Below are positions 1 through 7,741 of a stretch of 64,000 bases of DNA, one piece after another (position 1 is the first letter of the stretch; each line of letters opens with the position of its first letter). A program made the translations under genes and the position numbers. Below the pieces are notes generated by a model that searched no databases, was not told the origin of the DNA, and saw only the letters and a program-made list of their open reading frames with translations. The DNA comes from Candidatus Aldehydirespirator sp. (GTDB lineage: Bacteria > Actinomycetota > Acidimicrobiia > Acidimicrobiales > Aldehydirespiratoraceae): assembly GCA_965203635.1 (NCBI GenBank), contig OZ241903.1, forward strand, positions 2,690,918-2,754,917, in the 5' to 3' direction.

Positions 1-199
1 CCTTGAGGGGGCCTCCAACGGCCGGGCCGCGGGGCAGCCAGCCGTTGTGCTGCACCACCGCGCCCGCGATCAGGCCCGCGAGCACGCCCAGCGAGGCTGT
101 GAAGGCGGGCCAGCGGCTCCGGACACTGTCCACGGCGCGGTTCGCGCCGATGAACACCACCGCGGACACCAGGAGCGCCCCGGCGACGCTCACGAGCAT
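1..199 (-). CDS. N-terminal part of a membrane protein, probably the first permease of the sugar ABC operon (continues off the left edge)
   Basis: ATG at 199 (alternative GTG at 217) opens a minus-strand frame with no stop down to position 1: MLVSVAGALLVSAVVFIGANRAVDSVRSRWPAFTASLGVLAGLIAGAVV... It has hydrophobic helices and lies directly downstream of the binding-protein gene. It is absent from the ORF track because it is truncated. Confidence 0.4.
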   Translation of the reverse strand, partial: MLVSVAGALLVSAVVFIGANRAVDSVRSRWPAFTASLGVLAGLIAGAVVQHNGWLPRGPAVGGPLK

Positions 200-259
200 G
201 GTTACCAACTGGGCCACGGACCCCCCTGGGCTGCGGGTACCGGTGATCTATGTTGCCGG

Positions 260-299
260 AGCGGGACGGGGGGCGCCATGTGCGCCCCCCTGTCCCGCT
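260..299 (-). terminator. Intercistronic GC hairpin between the binding-protein gene and the permease gene
   Basis: AGCGGGACGGGGGGCGC / GCGCCCCCCTGTCCCGCT form a stem of about 17 bp with one bulge and a 5-nt loop, 10 nt downstream of the stop at 309. There is no U-tract. Confidence 0.5.
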
Positions 300-308
300 A
301 AGCGGCTG

Positions 309-1946
309 TCAGGACGGCCAGGCGCCCTCAGTGTCGTCGGCGAACTCCTGAGCGGTCTTGGAGCCCGACACGTAGTCGGTGCCCGACCGCCAGAACTCGC
401 CCGCTCCGACCTCGCCCGGCATCAGGTCGGAGGCGTCGAAGCGGAACGGGTTGGCGCTGACGAGGATCTCAGCGAGGCCCTGGTCGAACGAGGAGCTGTA
501 CAGCGACGTGTCATGGTCGCGGTTGGGCGACAGGAAGCCGCCCTTGTCCGACATGATGCGGGCGTTGGCGTACTCGGCTGTGCCGATGTACTCCAGCACC
601 GCCAGGGTCTCGGGCTTGTCGGTGAACGCCACGGCATGGGTCCCCGCTCCGAGCACCACCGTGCCGAACTCGTCGCTGATGGTCGGCAGGTAGAACACGT
701 TCACGTCGCCGTCGGGACCGAGCGACGATGCGCCGGCCTCGAGGTAGTGGGCGCCCGCGAAGTTGGCCTGGCGGTGCATCATGCACTCGCCGTTGAGGTG
801 GGCTGCCGCCATCTCGCGGAAGCTGCGCTGGGAGATCAGGTCGCGGCCGCCGCTCACGTTGCCCTCCGTGAACCAGATGCTGCCGACGAACTCGGCCACC
901 TCGACGACCCGGGGGTCGTTGAAGGGGATCTCGTGGCTGACCCACTGGTCGTACACGGCGGGCCCGTGGAGGCGGAGCATCATGTCCTCCATCCAGTCGG
1001 TGAAGGCCCAGCCGGTGGCCGCGCCGGACTCGATGCCGACGCACCACGGGGTGTGGCCGTTGCCCTTCATCTGCTCCATGAGCGCCTCGAGCTCGGCCCA
1101 GGACTGGGGGATCTCGTAGCCGTTGTCGGCGAAGCCCTGCGGGCTGTACCACACCAGGCTCTTCACGTCGCCCTTGTTGGGCACGCCGTAGACGTTGCCG
1201 CCGGTGGTGGCCAGGTCGAACCAGAACTGGTCGTAGGAGCCGCCGATGTTGGCCATGATCGAGTCGGGAATGGCGACCGCGTCGCCGGACTCGCCGAACT
1301 GGAGGATCCGGCCGGGCTGGGGGATTATGACGATGTCGGGCGGGTCGCCGGCCTCCACCGCCAGGTTCAGCTCGGTGGTGGCGTCGCGGGTGCCCGAGTA
1401 CCGGACGACGATCCCGGTGCGCTCACGCAGTGGCTCGAAACCGGCCAGGAAGCCCTCGGCCTCCGACCCGGTCTCGGGACCGAGAATGGTGACGACGCTG
1501 CCGGCCAGGCTCATCTCCATCTCCTGCATCGCCGCCTCGGCCTCGGCTGCTCTGGCGGCCGCCGCCTCGGCCTCGGCCTGAGCCTCGGCCATCTGGGCCT
1601 CGAGTTCGGCGACGACCTCTGGGTCTACCGCCCCCTCGCCCTCGGCCATGGCGGCCGCGAGCGCTGCCTCGGCGTCGGCTGCTCTGGCGGCCGCGGCGTC
1701 GGCTTCGGCCTGCGCTTCAGCGGCCGCGGCCTCCGCAGCCTCCGCCTCAGCGGCCGCGGCAGCGGCTTCAGCGGCCGCAGCCTCCGCCTCGGCCTCAGCG
1801 GCCGCAGCGTCGGCTTCTGCGGCTGCAGCCGCAGCGTCGGCGGCGCTGGTGTCCGCTACCGGCTCGTCGTCGCCGCATGCTGACGCCACGAGGGCGAGGC
1901 TGAGCAGCGCGCCGAGGATGAGCCATAGGCGCGAATGTGTCTTCAT
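309..1946 (-). CDS. Sugar ABC transporter substrate-binding lipoprotein with a long Ala/Glu spacer
   Basis: Signal peptide plus lipobox MKTHSRLWLILGALLSLALVASAC. This is followed by an Ala/Glu-rich spacer and then a family-1 solute-binding fold (WYSPQGFADNGYEIPQSWAELEALMEQMKGNGHTPWCVG...). GGGAGGGA lies just upstream of ATG 1946. The ORF-track start at 2000 is judged too early. Confidence 0.85.
   Translation of the reverse strand: MKTHSRLWLILGALLSLALVASACGDDEPVADTSAADAAAAAAEADAAAAEAEAEAAAAEAAAAAAEAEAAEAAAAEAQAEADAAAARAADAEAALAAAMAEGEGAVDPEVVAELEAQMAEAQAEAEAAAARAAEAEAAMQEMEMSLAGSVVTILGPETGSEAEGFLAGFEPLRERTGIVVRYSGTRDATTELNLAVEAGDPPDIVIIPQPGRILQFGESGDAVAIPDSIMANIGGSYDQFWFDLATTGGNVYGVPNKGDVKSLVWYSPQGFADNGYEIPQSWAELEALMEQMKGNGHTPWCVGIESGAATGWAFTDWMEDMMLRLHGPAVYDQWVSHEIPFNDPRVVEVAEFVGSIWFTEGNVSGGRDLISQRSFREMAAAHLNGECMMHRQANFAGAHYLEAGASSLGPDGDVNVFYLPTISDEFGTVVLGAGTHAVAFTDKPETLAVLEYIGTAEYANARIMSDKGGFLSPNRDHDTSLYSSSFDQGLAEILVSANPFRFDASDLMPGEVGAGEFWRSGTDYVSGSKTAQEFADDTEGAWPS
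1509..1844 (-). repeat. Low-complexity coding repeat (Ala/Glu/Asp, about 112 codons) inside the binding-protein gene
   Basis: AADAAAAAAEADAAAAEAEAEAAAAEAAAAAAEAEAAEAAAAEAQAEADAAAARAADAEAALAAAMAEGEGAVDPEVVAELEAQMAEAQAEAEAAAARAAEAEAAMQEMEMS. At the DNA level it is GCC/GCG/GAG-periodic. Confidence 0.85.
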
Positions 1947-1963
1947 TTCTTCCCTCCCAGGGA

Positions 1964-1977
1964 TGCAAACGTTTACA
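1964..1977. promoter_or_regulatory. LacI/GalR-type operator palindrome
   Basis: TGCAAACGTTTACA is a 14-bp near-perfect palindrome with a central CG (TGNAAACGTTTNCA). It lies 18-31 nt upstream of the binding-protein start and immediately downstream of the lacI-family gene. Confidence 0.6.
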
Positions 1978-2009
1978 GATTTGGAAGGTAGCGCGGCCAC
2001 CCCGCAGAA

Positions 2010-3020
2010 TCAACCCACTGGTGAAGTGGTCTCCCGCACCATCAGGGGCACATCCCAGGTGATGTCGCTGACGGGCTCGCCGTCGATCAGCGCCATCACG
2101 GTCTCCGCGGCCCGGACGCCCATCTCGTCCACCGCCTGGCGCATGGTGGTGAGCCCCAGCGCGCCGGCCAGATCATGGTCGTCGAAGCCGACCACGGAGA
2201 GGTCGCCGGGCGTGGCCAGACCGCGCGTCGCGGCGGCGCGCAGCACGCCGAAGGCCATCTCGTCGGACATGCAGAACACCGCGGTGGGCGGCCGTGCGCA
2301 TTCGAGGAGCCGCGACAGCGCGGCGGCGCCGCCGGTCGCGGTCCATTGGCCGCTGGTCGCCAGTTCGGGATCGACGGGCAGCCCTGCGGCTCGCAGGGCG
2401 TCCTCGTAGCCGAGGCGGCGCTGTTCGGGAACCGGCGTCGGGAGGTCCGGCAGATGCGGACCCGCTACGAGGCCGATGCGCTCATGGCCCAACTCGATGA
2501 GGTGCTCGACAGCTCGTCGGGCCGCAAGCCGGTTGTCGATCGTGATCGACGAGGCTCCGTCGAGCCGCTCCCCCACCGCCACGACCGGACGATCGAAGAA
2601 TGCCTCGGCGGAGTCCCCCTCGACGCTGACGAAGGTGTCGATGAGGACCAACCCGTCGACTCGCCGGCAGAAGGAGCGGGCATCCCTCAGGAAGCGCAGG
2701 CGGTCCCCGGGGGAGGTCATCATGGATACCAGCACGTCGTAGCCGGACTTGGCGAACACCGAGTTGATGCCGCCCAGGGCCCGGAACGGGAACCACGTCC
2801 CGAATTGGGGCGCCACCACCCCGATGGTCCAGGTCCGTCCCGACGCGAGGCGGGAGGCCTGGGGGTGGGCCTCGTACTCGAGCTCGGTGGCCGCCTCCAC
2901 CACCTTGGAGCGTGTCGCCGGCGCGACGTAGGGCAGATTGCGCAGGGCGCGGCTGACCGTGGCCACCGAGACTCCCGTCACCCTCGCGATGTCCTTGATG
3001 GTCGGACGGCTGTTCGACAC
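2010..3020 (-). CDS. LacI family transcriptional regulator
   Basis: N-terminal HTH IKDIARVTGVSVATVSRALRN followed by a periplasmic-binding-protein-like effector domain. GTG start. Confidence 0.9.
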   Translation of the reverse strand: MSNSRPTIKDIARVTGVSVATVSRALRNLPYVAPATRSKVVEAATELEYEAHPQASRLASGRTWTIGVVAPQFGTWFPFRALGGINSVFAKSGYDVLVSMMTSPGDRLRFLRDARSFCRRVDGLVLIDTFVSVEGDSAEAFFDRPVVAVGERLDGASSITIDNRLAARRAVEHLIELGHERIGLVAGPHLPDLPTPVPEQRRLGYEDALRAAGLPVDPELATSGQWTATGGAAALSRLLECARPPTAVFCMSDEMAFGVLRAAATRGLATPGDLSVVGFDDHDLAGALGLTTMRQAVDEMGVRAAETVMALIDGEPVSDITWDVPLMVRETTSPVG

Positions 3021-3044
3021 GGCTCGCGAACCTAATCGGTTCGG

Positions 3045-3755
3045 CTAGCCCATCCACTGACCGCCGTTGACGTCGATGGTGGCGCCGGTGATGTAGCCGG
3101 CGTGCGGTCCGCACAGGAACTCCACCATCGCGGCGAGGTCATCGGGGTCTCCCGGCGCGTCGCCGGGCACGGTGGCCAGAATGCGCTCGCGCCATGCGGG
3201 GTCGAGCGCCTGCCACATGGGCGTGTCGTGGGGTCCGGGGGCCACCGCGTTGACGGTGATGTTGTCGGCGGCGTGGTGCAGGGCCAGGAAACGGGTGAGG
3301 GTGATCAGCCCGCCCTTGCTGGCCGCGTAGGCCGGTCCCGACAGTGGCGATCCGCCGAAGCGGCCGTTGACCGACGCGATGTTGACGATCCTGCCCTCGC
3401 CGGCGGCCCGCATGCCCGCGATCACCTGGCGGGTGCACAGGTAGGCGCCGGTGAGGTTCACGTCGAGGATGCGGCGCCAGTCCTCGGGGCTCTCCTCCTC
3501 CACGCCCCCGGCGCCGGTGACGCCGGCGCTGTTGACCAGAACGGTGGGGTGGCCGTGCCGGTCGCGGATCGCGTCGAAGGCCGCGGTCACCGACCCGGCG
3601 TCGGATATGTCGCAGGCGATGGTCTCGACTGTGTCAGCGCTGGCGCCGGCCGCGGCATCGAGGCCGACGACCGCGTCGCCGCCCTCGCGGAGGCGCCTGC
3701 ACACCGCTGAGCCGATGGCGCCGGCCGCACCCGTCACCGCGGCCACCCGGCTCAT
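3045..3755 (-). CDS. Short-chain dehydrogenase/reductase (SDR)
   Basis: MSRVAAVTGAAGAIGS Rossmann motif, NIASV...YAASKGG catalytic motif and a typical C-terminal ITGATIDVNGG. ATG 3755 overlaps the glpK stop (ATGA). The 633-aa ORF-track version is an in-frame Arg/Gly/Pro-rich extension lying over glpK. Confidence 0.85.
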   Translation of the reverse strand: MSRVAAVTGAAGAIGSAVCRRLREGGDAVVGLDAAAGASADTVETIACDISDAGSVTAAFDAIRDRHGHPTVLVNSAGVTGAGGVEEESPEDWRRILDVNLTGAYLCTRQVIAGMRAAGEGRIVNIASVNGRFGGSPLSGPAYAASKGGLITLTRFLALHHAADNITVNAVAPGPHDTPMWQALDPAWRERILATVPGDAPGDPDDLAAMVEFLCGPHAGYITGATIDVNGGQWMG

Positions 3756-5236
3756 CCGCTCGCCCAGCCCTTGCTGCGGTCCACGGCGCGTTTCCAATCG
3801 GCATAGGCGGCATCGGCGGCGCCCCTCGGCCCGCTGGGCACAGCCTCGAAGTCGAGCTCCCAGTGACCGGAGACGGCCTCCAGCGACGGCCAGACGTCGG
3901 TGGCCAGTCCGGCCAGATAGGCGGCGCCGAGAGCGGTCGCCTCCTGGAGCTTGGGGCGCTGGACGGCCACCCCGAGCTGGTCGGCCTGGAGCTGCAGCAT
4001 GGAGTCCATCACCGATGCGCCCCCGTCGACCCGCAGGTTGCGAACCGGCGTGCCGGTGGCGGCCGCCATCGCCTCGACGACGTCGCGGGTCTGGTAGGTC
4101 ATGGCCTCCACCGCGGCTCGGGCGATCTCCGGCCGCCCGGTGCCCCGGGTGAGGCCGATGACGGCGCCGCGGGCGTAGGGATCCCAGTGCGGGCTGCCGA
4201 GACCGGCGAAGGCCGGGACCAGGAACACCCCGCCCGTGGAGTCGCACTGCTGGGCGAGTCCCTCGATCTCCGCGGCCTCCGCGATGATCCCGAGGCCGTC
4301 TCGAAGCCACTGGACGGCTGCTCCGGTGGCGAATATGGCTCCCTCCAGCGCGTACGCGAGGGTCGGACCCTGCGGGGTGTCCAGCAGCCAGGCGATCGTG
4401 GTGAGCAGGCCGTCGGCGGGCGCTGGCAGCTCGGCCCCCACGTTCATCAGCACGAACGAGCCGGTGCCGTAGGTGTTCTTGGCGTCGCCCGGCGCGAACG
4501 CAGCCTGTCCGAAGAGGGCGGCGTGCTGGTCGCCGGCGATGCCGGAGATCGGAACGCCCGCGCCGCAGGCGGCGTCCGGGCTCGTGGCCCCGAACGTTCC
4601 GCTGGAGGGCCGCACCTGCGGCAGGGCCTCGATCGGGACGCCGAACAGCGAGCACAGATCCGGGTGCCACCGCAGCGCCCCGATGTCGAACAGCATGGTG
4701 CGGCTGGCGTTGGTGGCGTCGGTGGCGTGGACCTCGCCGCCGGTCAGGTTCCACACGATCCAGCTGTCGACTGTTCCCAACGCGAGGTCGGGGCCGTCGG
4801 CTACTCCGCCCTCGGTGAGCATCCACTCGAGCTTGGAGGCCGAGAAGTACGGGTCGAGCACCAGCCCGGTGCACTCGCGCACCATGGGCAGCGCACCGTC
4901 CTGTTCCAGCTGCGTGCAGCGCGCCGCGGTGCGGCGGTCCTGCCACACGATGGCCCGATGGACCGGCTCGGAGCGCTCCCGGCTCCAGGCCACCACCGTC
5001 TCGCGCTGGTTGGTGACGCCGATGGCAGCCGGCGCCTCATCCAGGCTGCCGACCACCTCGCCGAGCGTCGACTGCACCGCGGCCCAGATCTCGGCCGCGT
5101 CGTGCTCGACACGCCCCGGCATCGGGAAGTACTGGGGGAATTCACGCTGGGCCGACGCCACCATCCGCCCGGAGTCGTCGAAGGCGATGGTGCGCACGCT
5201 GGTCGTGCCGGCGTCGATGGCCAGTACAACGGTCAT
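3752..5236 (-). CDS. glpK: Glycerol kinase
   Basis: Full-length FGGY kinase: MTVVLAIDAGTTSVRTIAFD, NQRETVVAW, IVWQDRRTA, GDQHAALFGQ, LRVDGGASVMDSMLQLQADQLG. The start is taken at MTVV. Confidence 0.95.
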   Translation of the reverse strand: MTVVLAIDAGTTSVRTIAFDDSGRMVASAQREFPQYFPMPGRVEHDAAEIWAAVQSTLGEVVGSLDEAPAAIGVTNQRETVVAWSRERSEPVHRAIVWQDRRTAARCTQLEQDGALPMVRECTGLVLDPYFSASKLEWMLTEGGVADGPDLALGTVDSWIVWNLTGGEVHATDATNASRTMLFDIGALRWHPDLCSLFGVPIEALPQVRPSSGTFGATSPDAACGAGVPISGIAGDQHAALFGQAAFAPGDAKNTYGTGSFVLMNVGAELPAPADGLLTTIAWLLDTPQGPTLAYALEGAIFATGAAVQWLRDGLGIIAEAAEIEGLAQQCDSTGGVFLVPAFAGLGSPHWDPYARGAVIGLTRGTGRPEIARAAVEAMTYQTRDVVEAMAAATGTPVRNLRVDGGASVMDSMLQLQADQLGVAVQRPKLQEATALGAAYLAGLATDVWPSLEAVSGHWELDFEAVPSGPRGAADAAYADWKRAVDRSKGWASG

Positions 5237-5247
5237 GCCGCGCCATT

Positions 5248-5294
5248 CCCGCTCTTGTTCGCTGCGCTCACGGGCCGCTCGGGCCACGGCCTCG
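5248..5294 (+). repeat. 47-nt intergenic repeat, family C, copy 1
   Basis: CCCGCTCTTGTTCGCTGCGCTCACGGGCCGCTCGGGCCACGGCCTCG lies between the glpD stop and the glpK start. Its reverse complement recurs at 8920..8966 with one mismatch. Confidence 0.85.
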
Positions 5295-5315
5295 CTCGGC
5301 CGGTTGCGAAGGCTC

Positions 5316-6932
5316 TCATGACTTGCTCCCCGTCCACTCGGCCTCTGGCCCGAACAGGAGACTCTCGGCGCGTTCCACTCCGGGATCGCGGCTCAGCGTC
5401 TCGGGCGTCTCGAGCATGGCGAGCATGGTACGGCGCCTCAGGAAGTCGTCCATGGACAGGATGTGCTCGTGGCGGGCCATGACCATGACCTCCGCGGCCG
5501 AGCACTCGACGAGGTCGCTGAGGGGCTCGCCCAGCTCGGGCGTCTCCTCCACCAGGTCGGTGACCTCAAGGGCCCGGCGGCCGTGCCGGCGCCACAACCT
5601 CGCCGCCGCGGGCTCGTCGATGCCGGCCCGGACGGCGCTGCGATGGAAGCGGTCCTGCACGCCGGCAGGCGGTTCGCCGTACCAGGCACGGTCCGGGACC
5701 CCGGGTGCCAGTCCACACTTGCGGGCCGCGGTCACCACCTCCTGTCCCACGTTGAGACAGTCGCTCAGCTTGCCCCCGAGGATGGAGATGGTCGCCCGCT
5801 GCTGGTCTGCCTCCACGGCGTGGCGGCGGGACAGCTCGGTCCAGTCGCGGTCGGTGTCCTCGCTCTCGTCGACCACCAGGGCTCGGACGCCGCAGCGGTA
5901 CGCGATCACGTCGTCCTGGAGGAGTGGCCGGGGCAGCCGGAGCCGGGCGTTGGCCTGTTCGAGCAGGAAGTCGCGATCGTCGTGGGTTATCGACGCCTCC
6001 GCTTCCTCGACCCGGGTGTCGGTCGTGCCGATGAGGGACCGGTGGCCCATCGGGATGACGTAGAACAGCCGCTGATCGTCGTCGAAGAACGCCAGCACCC
6101 GCCCCGATTCGGTCACCTGGGGCACGACGATGTGCGCTCCCTTCGAGTAGCAGAGGGCCTGGCGGAGGGCGGTGCCGGTGAGCGCGGCTAGTTCGGTGGC
6201 CCGCGGGCCGGCCGCATTGACCAGCACCGCGGCCTCCACGGTGTGCCGGTCGCCGGTCAGCCGGTCGATCACCTCGGCCCGCCAGCCGCCGCCGGCCCGC
6301 TCGGCGCCGTCGAGCCGCATTCTGGACACCGCGACCGCTCCGCTGTCGACGGCGTCGAGCAGGAGCTGGAGGACGAAGCGGGCGTCGTTGTCGGCCAGCA
6401 GGTAGTCGGAGTACTCGACGGCGCCCTGGACGTCGGCCGAATCGATGGTGGGCTCGGCCGTCGCCAGCGAACGGGACGAGAGGAGCCGGGGACGGCCGGT
6501 CGCGAACCGCCCCAGGGCCCAGTAGGCGTGCGCTCCCAGTGCCGCGTAGGCGGGCGAGTACGGCGATGTGGATCCCAGCGCGGCCAGGAACCGGACCTCC
6601 TGGACGCGGCTGGCGTACGAGCGGGCCAGCAGATTGCGGGAGCGGCACAACCCCGCGACCAGCGCCACGTCGTAGGTCTGCAGGTACTTGAAGCCGCCCC
6701 AGATGAGGTTGGACGACTCCTGGCTCACCCCCGAGGCGAAGTCCTCGGAGTCGATCAGCGCGACGCGCAGCCCGTGGTTGGCCAGGGCCAGAGCCGAGAT
6801 GGCTCCGTTGATGCCCCCGCCGACGATGAGCACGTCATGATCTCGCTCCGTCAGGCGCTCCAGGTTCCCGTCTCTCACCGCGGCTGTGTGGGGCGCACCG
6901 TTGGAGGGCGCAGCCGGGCCAGGAGCGCTCAT
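5316..6932 (-). CDS. glpD: FAD-dependent glycerol-3-phosphate dehydrogenase
   Basis: DVLIVGGGINGAISALALANHG FAD fold, SQESSNLIWGGFKYL, and a C-terminal helical GlpD-type domain. ATG 6932 overlaps the IclR stop (ATGA). The 1028-aa ORF-track version is a spurious upstream extension. Confidence 0.9.
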   Translation of the reverse strand: MSAPGPAAPSNGAPHTAAVRDGNLERLTERDHDVLIVGGGINGAISALALANHGLRVALIDSEDFASGVSQESSNLIWGGFKYLQTYDVALVAGLCRSRNLLARSYASRVQEVRFLAALGSTSPYSPAYAALGAHAYWALGRFATGRPRLLSSRSLATAEPTIDSADVQGAVEYSDYLLADNDARFVLQLLLDAVDSGAVAVSRMRLDGAERAGGGWRAEVIDRLTGDRHTVEAAVLVNAAGPRATELAALTGTALRQALCYSKGAHIVVPQVTESGRVLAFFDDDQRLFYVIPMGHRSLIGTTDTRVEEAEASITHDDRDFLLEQANARLRLPRPLLQDDVIAYRCGVRALVVDESEDTDRDWTELSRRHAVEADQQRATISILGGKLSDCLNVGQEVVTAARKCGLAPGVPDRAWYGEPPAGVQDRFHRSAVRAGIDEPAAARLWRRHGRRALEVTDLVEETPELGEPLSDLVECSAAEVMVMARHEHILSMDDFLRRRTMLAMLETPETLSRDPGVERAESLLFGPEAEWTGSKS

Positions 6933-7741
6933 TCGAGCACGACAGGGTCCGACGAGGGCAGCGGGAAGTCCCACTGCCCTCCCAGGATCTCCGACAGGGT
7001 CTTGGCTGCCGAGCACACCAGCACAGCGCACCTTCCTATCGTCTCGGCGTCGAGGCGCGTCGCCGGGCCCGAGATTCCGATGGAGGCCCGGATGTTCCCG
7101 CCGATGTCCACCACCGGCGACGCCACACAGCGGACACCGATGCTCAGCTCCTCGTTGTCGAGCGCGAAGCCCCGCTCGGCGGTTGCCGCCAAGTCGCTGA
7201 GCAGTGCCTGGCGGTCGGTGATGGTGTGCTCGGTGAACCGCTCCAGCGCCTCCCAGTCGACGACCTCGCCGAGCATCTCGACCGGGTCGCGGCAGTAGAG
7301 GGCTTTGCCCGTCGAGGTGGCGTGGACGACGACCGGAGACCCGATCTCGGTCTCCACCGTGACCCGGCGGGCCAGGCGCTCGCGAGCCAGGTACACGCCG
7401 CCGCCGACCGTGCGGTGGGCGAGGTGGACGGACTCGCCGGTGACGTTCATCAGCTCCCGCATCAGCGGCCGGGCCTCGTTCACCAGGTCCATGTTCCGCA
7501 GCAGCGAGCCGGCCAGCTGCACCACCCCGGCGCCCAGGATGTAGGTCTTGTTGGACTCGTCGCGCTGCACGTATCCCCGCTTGGTGAGCACGGCCAGGAG
7601 CCGGTGCACGTGGCCGTTGTCGGCGTCGAGCACCCGGGCCAGCTCGCTGAGCCCGATCGGTCCCCGAGCCGACCCGAGCGCCTCGAGCACGTCGAGGCCG
7701 GTCATGAGGGCGCCGCCCACCCGAGGCTCGCCCGCGGCCAT
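6929..7741 (-). CDS. IclR family transcriptional regulator
   Basis: Winged HTH (IGLSELARVLDADNGHVHRLLAVLTKRGYV) plus an IclR effector domain. Confidence 0.9.
   Translation of the reverse strand: MAAGEPRVGGALMTGLDVLEALGSARGPIGLSELARVLDADNGHVHRLLAVLTKRGYVQRDESNKTYILGAGVVQLAGSLLRNMDLVNEARPLMRELMNVTGESVHLAHRTVGGGVYLARERLARRVTVETEIGSPVVVHATSTGKALYCRDPVEMLGEVVDWEALERFTEHTITDRQALLSDLAATAERGFALDNEELSIGVRCVASPVVDIGGNIRASIGISGPATRLDAETIGRCAVLVCSAAKTLSEILGGQWDFPLPSSDPVVLE

Noticed and set aside
3-1883. 626-aa plus-strand ORF covering the left end of the window
   Set aside because: It is antisense to the well-supported binding-protein gene 309..1946. Its composition is Gly/Arg/Ala/Val-rich with no recognisable motif, which makes it a typical shadow ORF in stop-poor, GC-rich DNA.
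1648-2409. 253-aa Ala/Ser-rich plus-strand ORF that looks like a repeat protein
   Set aside because: It is the reverse-complement image of the Ala/Glu spacer of the minus-strand binding protein, and it then runs antisense into the LacI gene.
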